Below are positions 49,419 to 58,301 of a stretch of DNA of 64,000 nt, piece by piece. The position numbers were made by a program, and so were the translations under genes. Source of the stretch: an uncultured Actinomycetes bacterium. Its GTDB lineage: Bacteria; Actinomycetota; Thermoleophilia; UBA2241. Position 1 is the stretch's first letter; each line of letters begins with the position of its first letter. The notes beneath the pieces are model-generated. The model was not told the DNA's origin. It ran no database searches and worked only from the letters and a program-made list of their open reading frames with translations. The DNA is taken from positions 64,001 through 128,000 of the forward strand of contig CAVPVX010000007.1 in NCBI GenBank assembly GCA_963709345.1, in the 5' to 3' direction.

Positions 49419-52046
49419 TCAGCCGCCCAGGACGCTCCGCACCGCCGCAGCCCCGGCCTCGAGCGCCGCCGGGATGCCGCCGATGTCGGGGCCACCCCCG
49501 CGAGCGAGCGTGGGCTTGCCGCCGCCCTTGCCGCCGATCGCGGGCAGCATGGCCTTCATCACGTCGCCGGCCTTGACGCCGCGCCCCACGGCCGCGTCAC
49601 CGGCCGCGACCACGGCTACCGCCCGGCCGTCGACGTCGGCCAGGAGCACCAGCACCGAGTCCGGCCGCTTGGCGCGCAGCTCGTCGGCAAGGGTGAGCAG
49701 ATCGTCGGCCGCGTCCACCTCGGGCGCCGCGGCCACCACGGCGAGACCCTCGATCTCGTCGGCGCCGGCGAGCAGCTCGCCGGCGAGGTCGCGCCGCTCG
49801 CCGCTCTCCGCCGCCTTGAGCTTCTTCTGCAGGTCCGCGACCTGGGCGCTGAGCTTCTGGACGCCGGCCGGAACGCGATCGGGACGCACAGCCAGCGCTC
49901 CGGCCAGCGCCTCCCACTCGTGCTCCAGCCCGCGGTAGTGGTCGACAGCCGCAGCCGAGGTGATCGCCTCGATGCGGCGCGTGTTGGCGCCCACCGACTG
50001 GCTCGACATGATCTTGAACAGGCCGATCTGCGAGGTCGTCGACACGTGCGTGCCGCCGCACAGCTCACGGCTGAAATCGTCGATCTCGAGCACCCTCACG
50101 AACTCCCCGTACTTCTCCTCGAACTGGCCGATGGCGCCGATCTCGGTCGCGTACTCGCGCGTCGTGACAAACGGCCGCACCGGGTGGTTCTCGGTGATGC
50201 GCCGGTTCACCAGGTCCTCGACCTGGCGGAGCTGCTCCGCGGTCGGCGTATCGCGCACCGAGAAGTCGAAGCGAAGCCGCTCGGGATTGACGTAGGAGCC
50301 GGCCTGCCGGACGTTGCCGCCGAGCACGATGCGCAGGGCGTTGTGCAGCAGGTGCGTGGCCGTGTGGTTGCAGGCCGTCTGGTGCCTGCGCACGGCGTTG
50401 ACCATCGCCTTGGCGCGCTCGCCGGCGATCACGGCGGCCTCAACGGGGCGCGCGACGATCACCTGGTCGTTCTCGAAGCGCACGACGCTCTCGACCTCGA
50501 GCTTGCCCGAGTCGGTGTGGATCCAGCCCGTGTCGGCGACCTGCCCGCCTCCCTCGGCGTAGAAGGGCGACTCGGCCAGCTTCACTGCGACCCTGCCATC
50601 GGCGAGCTCCTCGCAGGCACGGATCACCGTGAACACCTCCAGGCGCTCGTAGCCGACGAACTCGGCGATCGCCTCGGTGTTGCGGCGCTGGAACTCTTCC
50701 AGCTCACCGGGGCCCGAGGCGAAGGCGCCTTCCTTCTGCGCCGCCCGGGCGCGCCGGCGCTGCTCGTCCATGAGGTGCTCGAAGCTCTCCTCGTCGACGG
50801 TCATCTCCTGCTCGGCGGCGATCTCGCGCGTGAGGTCGAAGGGGAAGCCGTAGGTGTCGTGCAGCTCAAAGGCGACCTTGGCGGGAAGCTCGGTGCCGGC
50901 GTCGCGGGCGCGCCGCAGGGCCTCGTCCAGGATGCCCATACCCTGGTCGAGCGTGCGACGGAAGCGCACTTCTTCCTCGCCGATCACACGCTCGATCTCG
51001 GGGCGCGCCGCCTCCAGCTCCGGATAGGCGGCGCCCATCATCCCGACCACCTCACCCACGAGCGTCGTGAGGAACGGGCGGTCGACGCCGATGGAGACGC
51101 CCTGTTGGACGGCCCGGCGGATGATCCGCCGCAGCACGTAGTCGCGGCCGTCGTTGCCGGGCAGCACGCCGTCCATGATGAGGAAGGCGGCGCCCCGCGC
51201 GTGCTCCGTCATGGTGCGCAGAGCGCGGGTGACGGTGGGTGAGGCCGCAGGCTCGACGCCCGCCAGCTCCGCTCCCTTCGCCACCAGCGGCGCGAAGAGA
51301 TCGGTCTCGAAGACGTTCGTCACGCCCTGACAGATGCTGGCGATGCGCTCCAGCCCCATCCCGGTGTCGATGCTGCCTTTCGCCAGCGGCGTGAGCGCGC
51401 CCGACTCGTCCATGTCGAACTGGACGAACACCAGGTTCCAGTACTCGAGATAGCGGTCGCAGTCGCAGCCCGGCCTGCACGCGGGGTCGTCGCAGCCCAT
51501 TTCGGGCCCGAAGTCGTAGTAGAGCTCGGAGCACGGGCCGCACGGTCCCGTCGGGCCGGCGGGGCCCCAGAAGTTGTCGCCGCGCCCCAGCCGAACTATG
51601 CGCTCGTCGGGAAAGCCGTGCGAACGCCACAACTCCGCGGCCTCTTCGTCGCCCGGCACCTGGTCGTCGCCGCCGAACACGCTCACCCACACCTTGCCGC
51701 GGTCGATGCCGAGCAGGTCGGAGAGCTCAAGGGACCAGGCGATGGCCTCCGTCTTGAAGTAGTCGCCGAACGAGAAGTTGCCGAGCATCTCGAAGAAGGT
51801 CAGGTGACGCGCGGTCTTCCCCACGTTCTCGATGTCCGAGGTGCGGAAGGAGCGTTGGCAGGTCGTGATGCGGGTGCACGGCGGCGCCCCGACGCCGAGG
51901 AAGTACGGCTTGTACTGCTGCATGCCGGCGGTGGTGAAGAGGACACTGGCGTCACCGGCGGGCACAAGGCTCGCAGGCTCGCCGGAAAGGTGGCCACGGT
52001 CGACGAAGAAGCGTCGGTACAGGTCGCGGATGTCGGCAGCGTTCAC
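49419..52046 (-). CDS. alaS: Alanine--tRNA ligase
   Basis: FTTAGMQQ, HLTFFEMLGNFSFGDYFK, IDTGMGLER, NHTATHLL, ELCGGTH, GGKGGG. Confidence 0.98.
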   Translation of the reverse strand: MNAADIRDLYRRFFVDRGHLSGEPASLVPAGDASVLFTTAGMQQYKPYFLGVGAPPCTRITTCQRSFRTSDIENVGKTARHLTFFEMLGNFSFGDYFKTEAIAWSLELSDLLGIDRGKVWVSVFGGDDQVPGDEEAAELWRSHGFPDERIVRLGRGDNFWGPAGPTGPCGPCSELYYDFGPEMGCDDPACRPGCDCDRYLEYWNLVFVQFDMDESGALTPLAKGSIDTGMGLERIASICQGVTNVFETDLFAPLVAKGAELAGVEPAASPTVTRALRTMTEHARGAAFLIMDGVLPGNDGRDYVLRRIIRRAVQQGVSIGVDRPFLTTLVGEVVGMMGAAYPELEAARPEIERVIGEEEVRFRRTLDQGMGILDEALRRARDAGTELPAKVAFELHDTYGFPFDLTREIAAEQEMTVDEESFEHLMDEQRRRARAAQKEGAFASGPGELEEFQRRNTEAIAEFVGYERLEVFTVIRACEELADGRVAVKLAESPFYAEGGGQVADTGWIHTDSGKLEVESVVRFENDQVIVARPVEAAVIAGERAKAMVNAVRRHQTACNHTATHLLHNALRIVLGGNVRQAGSYVNPERLRFDFSVRDTPTAEQLRQVEDLVNRRITENHPVRPFVTTREYATEIGAIGQFEEKYGEFVRVLEIDDFSRELCGGTHVSTTSQIGLFKIMSSQSVGANTRRIEAITSAAAVDHYRGLEHEWEALAGALAVRPDRVPAGVQKLSAQVADLQKKLKAAESGERRDLAGELLAGADEIEGLAVVAAAPEVDAADDLLTLADELRAKRPDSVLVLLADVDGRAVAVVAAGDAAVGRGVKAGDVMKAMLPAIGGKGGGKPTLARGGGPDIGGIPAALEAGAAAVRSVLGG

Positions 52047-52074
52047 GGGGGATCCCTCCGCGTGTAGAGGTGGT

Positions 52075-53007
52075 CTAGCGGGAGCCTGCGTCGGGGGCTT
52101 GCCCGGCCGGCGGGCTGTCGAGGTCCCCGATCTCGTCGCGCAGCTTCTCGAGTGAGCGCCGGATGAGACGCGAGACGTGCATCTGCGAGATGCCGACCCG
52201 CTCGGCTATCTGACTCTGCGTGAGCCCCTCAAAGAAGCGCAGGTGCAAGATGTACCGCTCGCGCTTGTCGAGTTTCGCGAAGCCCGGCGCGAGCGTCGTG
52301 CGGTCTTCCATCGTGTCGTAGGCCTCTTCCTCACCGCCGAGGTAGTCGATGAGACCGGCGTCCTCCTCGCCCGACTCCCCATTGGGCGACGCCTGCAGCG
52401 AGACCGAGTTGTACGCCTGGCTCGTCTCGAGAGCCTCGAGCACTTCTTCCGGCGTGGCGCTGGCCGCTTCGGCGAGCTCTTTGATCGTCGGCGAGCGCTG
52501 CAGCTTGGGGACCAGTTCGTCGATCACCTTGTTCAGGCGGATGTTGAGCTCCTGCAGCCCTCGGGGGACGCGTACCGACCAACCCTTGTCGCGGAAGTAA
52601 CGCTTGATCTCACCGACGATGTTCGGCGTCGCGTATGTCGTGAGCTCGACGCCGCGGCTGAGGTCGAAGCGGTCGATGGCCTTGATGAGGCCGATGGCGC
52701 CGACCTGGACGAGGTCGTCGAAGTGCTCGCCGCGCGAGGCGTAGCGTCGCGCCAGCGAGCGCACCAGCGGCAGGTACATGGTGATGAGCTGCTCGCGCGC
52801 CATACGGTCGCCGTGCAGGTGGTACCGACGCAGCAGGTACTGGTCCAGCTTCTCCGAGTCGTCGCGCCCCCGCCCCTTGGGGTCGGGCGTCGGTCCGGTG
52901 GCGCCCGGCGCCGCCTCGTCGTCATCGGGGTGCACCCCGCGCGCCTGGCCGGGCGGCGCCTGGAGGTCGAGCGGGTCGCTGACTCGCTTGTCGTCGCGTG
53001 GACTCAC
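52075..53007 (-). CDS. SigB/SigF family sigma factor
   Basis: DDLVQVGAIGLIKAIDRFD, GEIKRYFRDKGWSVRVPR, LTQSQIAERVGISQMHVSRL. Confidence 0.94.
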   Translation of the reverse strand: MSPRDDKRVSDPLDLQAPPGQARGVHPDDDEAAPGATGPTPDPKGRGRDDSEKLDQYLLRRYHLHGDRMAREQLITMYLPLVRSLARRYASRGEHFDDLVQVGAIGLIKAIDRFDLSRGVELTTYATPNIVGEIKRYFRDKGWSVRVPRGLQELNIRLNKVIDELVPKLQRSPTIKELAEAASATPEEVLEALETSQAYNSVSLQASPNGESGEEDAGLIDYLGGEEEAYDTMEDRTTLAPGFAKLDKRERYILHLRFFEGLTQSQIAERVGISQMHVSRLIRRSLEKLRDEIGDLDSPPAGQAPDAGSR

Positions 53008-53396
53008 GCGCCGCTCCCCGTGCCGCGCTTGACCAGCACCACGTTGAACCCGCCCGGCACATCCTCCACCGAGACGTCGTCCATGAGACGGCGCAGCAAG
53101 ACACACAGGTCGATGCAGCCACCGGGAGTGCTCCCGACCTGCACGCGGAGATCGTCGGTACGAAAGACGCCGGTGGCGAGACGCAGGACGCCGTCGCCGA
53201 CCTCCATGGCCACCGTGAGCCGCTCGGGGCGCTCCGCCTCAAGAACCGCCTGCAGCAGCCGGTCGGTCGCAAGGAGCAGGTCGTCGAGCTCCTCGAGCGA
53301 GAACTCGAGCCGGTCGCCGATGCCGCCGAGGACCATGCGCACGGTCGACAGAGCGCGCAGCTCGGCCGGCACCTCGAGGGTGATCGTCTCCGCCAT
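53004..53396 (-). CDS. RsbW/UsfX-like anti-sigma factor (degenerate HATPase)
   Basis: LEVPA...L..VR, F..EELDDL.LA, LMDDV, VLVKR; overlaps the sigma gene start. Confidence 0.75.
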   Translation of the reverse strand: MAETITLEVPAELRALSTVRMVLGGIGDRLEFSLEELDDLLLATDRLLQAVLEAERPERLTVAMEVGDGVLRLATGVFRTDDLRVQVGSTPGGCIDLCVLLRRLMDDVSVEDVPGGFNVVLVKRGTGSGA

Positions 53397-53404
53397 GGCC
53401 TGTC

Positions 53405-53665
53405 TCAAGCGTCGGGTGGAGCGCCCGCGGACTGCAGCTGCCGGCTGAACTCGGCCTCGCGATCGCGCGCCGCGCTCGCGCCCTCGGCGAAGGCGCGGGC
53501 GGCCCGCTCCCTGGTCTCGTCGATCAGCCGCGCGGCGTCGCCCGGCAGCCGGCGCATGATCTGCAGGTAGCCGTCGCCGGTACACGCGCGGCGGTCGCGC
53601 AAGTAGTACGTGAGCGCGAGGCCGGCAACGGCGCCGCCGGCGATCAGTCTGGTCGAGAATCCCAC
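53405..53665 (-). CDS. YtxH-like small membrane-anchored protein
   Basis: N-terminal GGAVAG helix and helical tail; follows the DUF948 gene. Confidence 0.5.
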   Translation of the reverse strand: MGFSTRLIAGGAVAGLALTYYLRDRRACTGDGYLQIMRRLPGDAARLIDETRERAARAFAEGASAARDREAEFSRQLQSAGAPPDA

Positions 53666-53668
53666 GTG

Positions 53669-54298
53669 TCAGCCCTTGGCTTTCTCGTCGCCGACGGGCC
53701 CGTCCTTGGCGGCGCCGGCGGCGTCTTCGGCGGCGTCTTCGGCGGCGTCTTCGGCGGCGTCTTCGGCGGCGTCCGCGGCGGAGCTCATCGTCTCCTCGGC
53801 CGCGCTCGCGGCCGCTTCCGAGGCACGCGCGGCGGCGCCCGCGTCGGCGGCGGCGTCCGCCGCATCCGCCCAGCTCGTGGCGGTATCGGCTCCGCGGCCG
53901 GCGCTCGCGCCCTTGTCACGGCGCATGAAGCTGGAGACGGCGCCCTGGAGCCCCGCGCTGAAGGCTGCGGCCTTGCGCGCCGGGGTGGTCACGGCGCCCT
54001 CGACGGCGTTGGCCATGGTGTCGATCTTGTCGGTGATGTCGGCGACGTCCTTGGTGATCTGGTCGACGTTGCCGAGGTTGGCGTTCACGCCGTCGAGAGT
54101 CGTGCCTGCCTTCTGCATCAGAGGTAGCGCCTCCTGATCGACGTCGGCGAGTACCTTGTCGACCCTCTCCAGAGTCTTGCCGGCCTTGACGAGGGCGTAC
54201 ACCGCGGCAACGGCCACGACGACGAAGAAGAACGCCGCCGCGTAGCTCAGAACGATCGTCGGGGTACTCATCGCGAGAGTCGCGAACGAGAAGTCCAT
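53669..54298 (-). CDS. DUF948 (YtxG/YoxC-like) protein with an acidic repeat tail
   Basis: TM helix, K...TL..V...L, TTL..VNANL..VD.IT coiled coil. Confidence 0.7.
   Translation of the reverse strand: MDFSFATLAMSTPTIVLSYAAAFFFVVVAVAAVYALVKAGKTLERVDKVLADVDQEALPLMQKAGTTLDGVNANLGNVDQITKDVADITDKIDTMANAVEGAVTTPARKAAAFSAGLQGAVSSFMRRDKGASAGRGADTATSWADAADAAADAGAAARASEAAASAAEETMSSAADAAEDAAEDAAEDAAEDAAGAAKDGPVGDEKAKG
53717..53773. repeat. 12-bp tandem repeat (GGCGGCGTCTTC x4.75) encoding (EDAA)n
   Basis: Seen directly in the sequence. Confidence 0.9.
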
Positions 54299-54387
54299 GC
54301 ACTTCTCCTTCCGTGCAGAACGAACTGCGTCAGTGTGAACGAAGCGTATCATACCGCGTGCGCTCGGCAGGCACGGGAACGACCGCG

Positions 54388-55455
54388 TCAGGCGCGGCCC
54401 GGCAGGCCGCCGGCGATGATGCCGCCGCCCACGATGAGGTCGTCGCGGTAGAACACCGCGGACTGGCCCGGGGCGAGACCTGAAAACTCCTCGGCGAGCG
54501 TCACCGCGAGTTCGCCGTCGGCGCGACGCTGCAAACGGGCGACCGGCACCGCCGGGGAACGATAGCGCAGCTGCACGGAGAGCCCGTCACCGTCGCCGAG
54601 ACCACGATCGACCACTTCCCGAACCCGCGCGGCGCGCACGGCGAGGCGGTCGCGGCCGCCGACGACCACCTCGTTCTCGGCGGCCCTCCGCTCGATCACG
54701 TAGAGCGCGTACTCGGCGCTCACGCCCAGACCGCGCCGCTGTCCGACGGTGTACCGCCATTGACCGCGGTGTCGCCCCAGAACGGCGCCCGCTTCGTCCA
54801 CGATGTCGCCGTCGCCCGGCTCGGTCCCCCGTGCGTCGAGAAACCGCTGGTATCCCTCGACGGCGAAGCAGACTTCCTGACTCTCCGGCTCACCGGCCGC
54901 TTCAAGGCCGGCCGCGGCGGCGAGCGCGCGCACCTCGGTCTTGTTCAGCTCTCCCAATGGGAACTCCAGTCGCGCCAGCACGTCCGGCGGCACCGCCCAG
55001 AGCATGTACGACTGGTCCTTGTGACGGTCGGCGGCGCGAGCCACGAAGGGCTCGCCCGCGTGCCACACGAGCCTCGCGTAGTGCCCTGTGACGAGCCGCG
55101 CGAGCCCCAGCTCGCCGGCAAGCCCGGCGAGCGCCGCCAGGCGCAGCGGGTTGCACGCAGCGCACGGGTTCGGTGTCTCGCCTCCCAGGTATCCGCGCTC
55201 GAAGGAGCCCACCACGGCGTCCTCGAAAGCAGCCTCGAGGTCGAGCACGTGGTGCCGCAGACCGAGAGACGCCGCCGTCCGCGCCGCCCGTTGAAGGGAA
55301 CCCGGCGAACAGCAGCTCCGCCGGTCCGAGCCGGGCCACAGGCGCGCCGTCGCGGTCTCGACGCCGCACCCGTCGCCGCTCAGCAGGAGCGCAGCGACGG
55401 CGCTGTCGACCCCACCGCTCAGCGCGACGAGGGCGCCTGCGCTTTTGGGGACGAT
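54388..55455 (-). CDS. mnmA: tRNA 2-thiouridine(34) synthase MnmA (no canonical start codon; overlaps the iscU 3' end in the -1 frame)
   Basis: ALSGGVDSAV, SCCS, TPNPCAACN, TGHYAR, KDQSY, ESQEVCF, YTVGQRRGL, APGQSAVFY. Confidence 0.92.
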   Translation of the reverse strand: MVPKSAGALVALSGGVDSAVAALLLSGDGCGVETATARLWPGSDRRSCCSPGSLQRAARTAASLGLRHHVLDLEAAFEDAVVGSFERGYLGGETPNPCAACNPLRLAALAGLAGELGLARLVTGHYARLVWHAGEPFVARAADRHKDQSYMLWAVPPDVLARLEFPLGELNKTEVRALAAAAGLEAAGEPESQEVCFAVEGYQRFLDARGTEPGDGDIVDEAGAVLGRHRGQWRYTVGQRRGLGVSAEYALYVIERRAAENEVVVGGRDRLAVRAARVREVVDRGLGDGDGLSVQLRYRSPAVPVARLQRRADGELAVTLAEEFSGLAPGQSAVFYRDDLIVGGGIIAGGLPGRA

Positions 55456-55853
55456 GAGAGGACCTCCACGACCTCGGCCTCGCGACCGGCATTCAACAGG
55501 TAGTCCCGGATCGCCAGGTGGAGCGCATCGGCGGCCAGGTTGGAGCAGTGCAGCTTCTGCGGCGGCAGGCCGCCCAGCGCCTCGGCCACGTCGGTGTTGG
55601 AGATGGCCGCCGCCTCCTTGAGCGTCCTGCCCTTCACCATGACGGTGACCATACTCGACGTCGCCACCGCGGCGCCGCAGCCGAACGTCTTGAACCGCGC
55701 GTCGGTGATGCGGTCGTGAGCGTCGACGGCGATGCTGATCCGAAGGACGTCGCCGCAGGTCCCGTCTCCGATCTCGCCGACCCCGCCGGCGCCTTCGATG
55801 TCACCGACGTTACGCGGCTCGATGAAGTGATCCATGACGGAGTCGGAGTACAT
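55419..55853 (-). CDS. iscU: Fe-S scaffold protein IscU/NifU-N
   Basis: YS..VMDHF..PRNVG, CGD, KTFGCG, LGGLPPQKLHCSNL. Confidence 0.93.
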   Translation of the reverse strand: MYSDSVMDHFIEPRNVGDIEGAGGVGEIGDGTCGDVLRISIAVDAHDRITDARFKTFGCGAAVATSSMVTVMVKGRTLKEAAAISNTDVAEALGGLPPQKLHCSNLAADALHLAIRDYLLNAGREAEVVEVLSSSPKAQAPSSR

Positions 55854-55856
55854 CGG

Positions 55857-57014
55857 TCATCCCTTCGTGTAGAGCGGGCTCATGCGCCGCAGCTTCTCGA
55901 CGATCGGCGGGAACGCCTGGAGGAACGCCTCGACCTCGGCGGTCGTGTTCCCCCGGCCGAGGCTGAGCCGCAGGCTCCCGTGCGCTTCCTTGACGGGCAC
56001 GCCCAGAGCGAGCACCACGGGCGACGGCTCCTCCGAGCCGGTCGCGCAGGCCGAGCCGCTCGAGACCATGAATCCCTGAGCGTCCAGGTGCAGGAGCATG
56101 GATTCGCCCTCGACGTAGCGCACCGTGATGGCCACGTTCCCCGGGAGCCGCCGGGTGGGGTGCCCCAACAGCGTGACGTCCGGAACGCTCTCGTGCAGCC
56201 GCCGGACGATCTCGTCACGCAGCGCCTCGACACGCGGGCGCGCCTCCGGCATCGCCTCCGTGGCGAGCGTCATCGCCTCACCGAGCCCGACGACACCGGG
56301 CACGTTCTCGGTGCCCGAGCGCAGCCGGCGCTCCTGCCCGCCGCCGTGGACGATCGGCGTGAGCCGCGTCCCCCGCTTGACGTAGAGCGCCCCGACGCCC
56401 TTGGGGCCGTACAGCTTGTGCCCGGACAGACTCAGGAGGTCGACTCCGAGGTCACACACGTCCACGGGAAGCGCGCCGACAGCCTGGACGGCGTCGGTGT
56501 GGAAGACGGCGCCCCGGGCGTGCGCGATGCGCGCCAGCTCCGCGACCGGCTGGATCGTCCCTACCACGTTGTTCGCGAGCATGATGGAGACGAGCCGCGT
56601 CTCGCTGCGAAAGGCCTGCTCGTAGGCGTCACGATCGACCACTCCCCAAGCGTCTACCGGCACGCGGTCCACGGCCCAGCCGGCGCGCTCGAGAGCCCGC
56701 GCCGGCTCCATGACGGCAGGGTGCTCGACGGCGCTCACGATCAGGTGACCGGGAGGAGACCCCCGCAGGTAGCCGAGCAGCGCGAGGTTGTCGGCCTCGG
56801 TGCCGCCGCTGGTGAAGACGATCTCCTTCTCGCCGGCGCCGAGCGCGGCGGCCACGCGGGCGCGAGCCTCGTCGACGGCCGCGCGCGCGACGCGGCCCAG
56901 GCGGTGCAGCTCCGATGGGTTACCGTACCCCTCGCTGAAGAAAGGCAGCATCGCCTCGAGGACACGGGGGTGCACCGGCGTGGTCGCCGCATGATCGAAG
57001 TACACGCTCGTCAT
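55857..57014 (-). CDS. iscS: Cysteine desulfurase
   Basis: YFDHAATTP, GNPS, FTSGGTEADN, HTDAVQ, SGHKLYGPKG, SSGSAC. Confidence 0.96.
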   Translation of the reverse strand: MTSVYFDHAATTPVHPRVLEAMLPFFSEGYGNPSELHRLGRVARAAVDEARARVAAALGAGEKEIVFTSGGTEADNLALLGYLRGSPPGHLIVSAVEHPAVMEPARALERAGWAVDRVPVDAWGVVDRDAYEQAFRSETRLVSIMLANNVVGTIQPVAELARIAHARGAVFHTDAVQAVGALPVDVCDLGVDLLSLSGHKLYGPKGVGALYVKRGTRLTPIVHGGGQERRLRSGTENVPGVVGLGEAMTLATEAMPEARPRVEALRDEIVRRLHESVPDVTLLGHPTRRLPGNVAITVRYVEGESMLLHLDAQGFMVSSGSACATGSEEPSPVVLALGVPVKEAHGSLRLSLGRGNTTAEVEAFLQAFPPIVEKLRRMSPLYTKG

Positions 57015-57424
57015 CGAGACACCGTCTCCCTCGTCAGATCGTCCAGAGTGATGCTGTTCAGAGCTCCGCTGATCGCACTGTCGAGCTTGCGCCACGCCAC
57101 CCGCGACGCACACGACCCGGCGCGCTCGCAGGCGGCCCCGTCGGGAACGCACTCCACCAGGGCCAGCGGACCATCCAGAGTGGTCACCACATCTCCCACG
57201 GCGATCCCGGCGGCGTCCGCGGCGAGCCGATATCCGCCGGCCGCGCCGCGCGTCGCCTTGACCAGACCACCCTCCCGCAGCCTCCCGAGGATCCGCTCGA
57301 GAAAGGCGGCGGGAATGCCCTCCTCCGCGGCGATCTCCGACAGGGGGACGGGCCGCGCGTCGCCTTCGCGGGCCAGATAGACCATGGCCCTCAGGCCGTA
57401 CTCACAGCGTGAAGTGATGCGCAC
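57011..57424 (-). CDS. Rrf2 family transcriptional regulator (IscR-like, three Cys)
   Basis: RITSRCEYGLRAM, RGAAGGYRL, C-x6-C-x5-C. Confidence 0.9.
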   Translation of the reverse strand: MRITSRCEYGLRAMVYLAREGDARPVPLSEIAAEEGIPAAFLERILGRLREGGLVKATRGAAGGYRLAADAAGIAVGDVVTTLDGPLALVECVPDGAACERAGSCASRVAWRKLDSAISGALNSITLDDLTRETVSR

Positions 57425-57449
57425 GAGGCTCCAGATGCCGGACGGGAAG

Positions 57450-57501
57450 AATCCCAACCGAAATGGTTGGCATTATGCTACCACGCCCGTCCCCCCGTCA
57501 A
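57450..57501 (-). promoter_or_regulatory. Promoter (TTGACG-N18-CATAAT) with a downstream palindromic Rrf2 operator CCAACC-N5-GGTTGG
   Basis: Motifs seen directly upstream of the Rrf2 gene. Confidence 0.65.
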
Positions 57502-57506
57502 ACGGA

Positions 57507-57529
57507 AGCGGCGCCCCGAGGGCGCCGCT
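57507..57529 (-). terminator. Hairpin terminator
   Basis: AGCGGCGCCC-N3-GGGCGCCGCT followed by TCCGTTT. Confidence 0.6.
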
Positions 57530-57559
57530 CATACGATCCTCGGGATGCGCGCCCTGAGC

Positions 57560-58096
57560 TCAGAGGCCGCGCACGGCGTCGGCGATCTCCTGCTCCATCA
57601 CTTCGAAGCCGATCCAGCCGGTGTAGAGCTGGGCCACCTGGCCGTCGCCGCGGATGATCGCGAGGATCGGCGGGTCGCTGACGCGCAACTGCATCAGGGT
57701 GTCGCCCAACTGCTTGGACTCGCGCGCCTCGAAGGCGAGGAACGTGCTGTCGGCCGCGTAGTTCGCCTTGACGTCGTTGAAGTACGAGAGCATCTCCATG
57801 TCGTCGGTAGCGCCGCTGACGTAGACGAGGAGGACGATGCCGCGCTTCTCTTCGAGCCGCTTCGTGATGAAGCTCGGGGTCTCGGCCGTGGGCTCGATCG
57901 TCAGAGGGGCGTAGCCCGTCATACCGTAGCTGCTGACGGTGTTGTACGAATCGGGCGCTTCGAGCGCCGCGGGAGCGGTCGCCTCAGCCGCCGCCAAAAC
58001 GCGTACGGCGACGACCCCGCCGAACAGGAGCGCCCCCACCACGAGGATCAGCGCCGCGGTGAGCAGGAACGTCCGGTTCCGTTTGAAGATCCCCAT
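57560..58096 (-). CDS. Membrane-anchored thioredoxin-like protein lacking cysteines
   Basis: N-terminal TM helix; IVLLVY-SGATDD in place of CxxC; V.DPP...IIRGDG.V...YTGW pattern. Confidence 0.55.
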   Translation of the reverse strand: MGIFKRNRTFLLTAALILVVGALLFGGVVAVRVLAAAEATAPAALEAPDSYNTVSSYGMTGYAPLTIEPTAETPSFITKRLEEKRGIVLLVYVSGATDDMEMLSYFNDVKANYAADSTFLAFEARESKQLGDTLMQLRVSDPPILAIIRGDGQVAQLYTGWIGFEVMEQEIADAVRGL

Positions 58097-58117
58097 GCCG
58101 GCCTCCTGAAGAGAAGC

Positions 58118-58264
58118 GCTCCACCTTGCCGTGCTCGCATTATTCTCGAACCTGCTATCGCAGGTGGGTGCTCTCCCGGCGCATCCACGGATGGTCCGAA
58201 GAACGAGCTCCCGATGTGTTCGTGTTGGCTCGAGAATGCCGCGAGGTCACAAACAAGGTCGAGC
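58118..58264 (-). ncRNA. ssrS: 6S RNA
   Basis: Rod fold GCTCGACCTTG/CAAGGTGGAGC and ATTCTCGAGCC/GGTTCGAGAAT, central bubble, GGGAGCTC/GAGCACCCACCTG hallmark motifs; downstream of aspS as in many Firmicutes. Confidence 0.85.
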
Positions 58265-58270
58265 CACGGC

Positions 58271-58299
58271 ATCCTAGCAAACGTCAACTGATTCAACAA
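58271..58299 (-). promoter_or_regulatory. Housekeeping promoter of 6S RNA (TTGTTG-N17-TAGGAT with TG extension)
   Basis: The -10 box ends 6 nt before the predicted 6S 5' end. Confidence 0.65.
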
Positions 58300-58301
58300 A
58301 C

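Noticed and set aside
54299-54387. SigB-type promoter for the DUF948-sigB operon
   Set aside because: Only CGGTAT/TATGAT is present, without a properly spaced GTTT; insufficient support.
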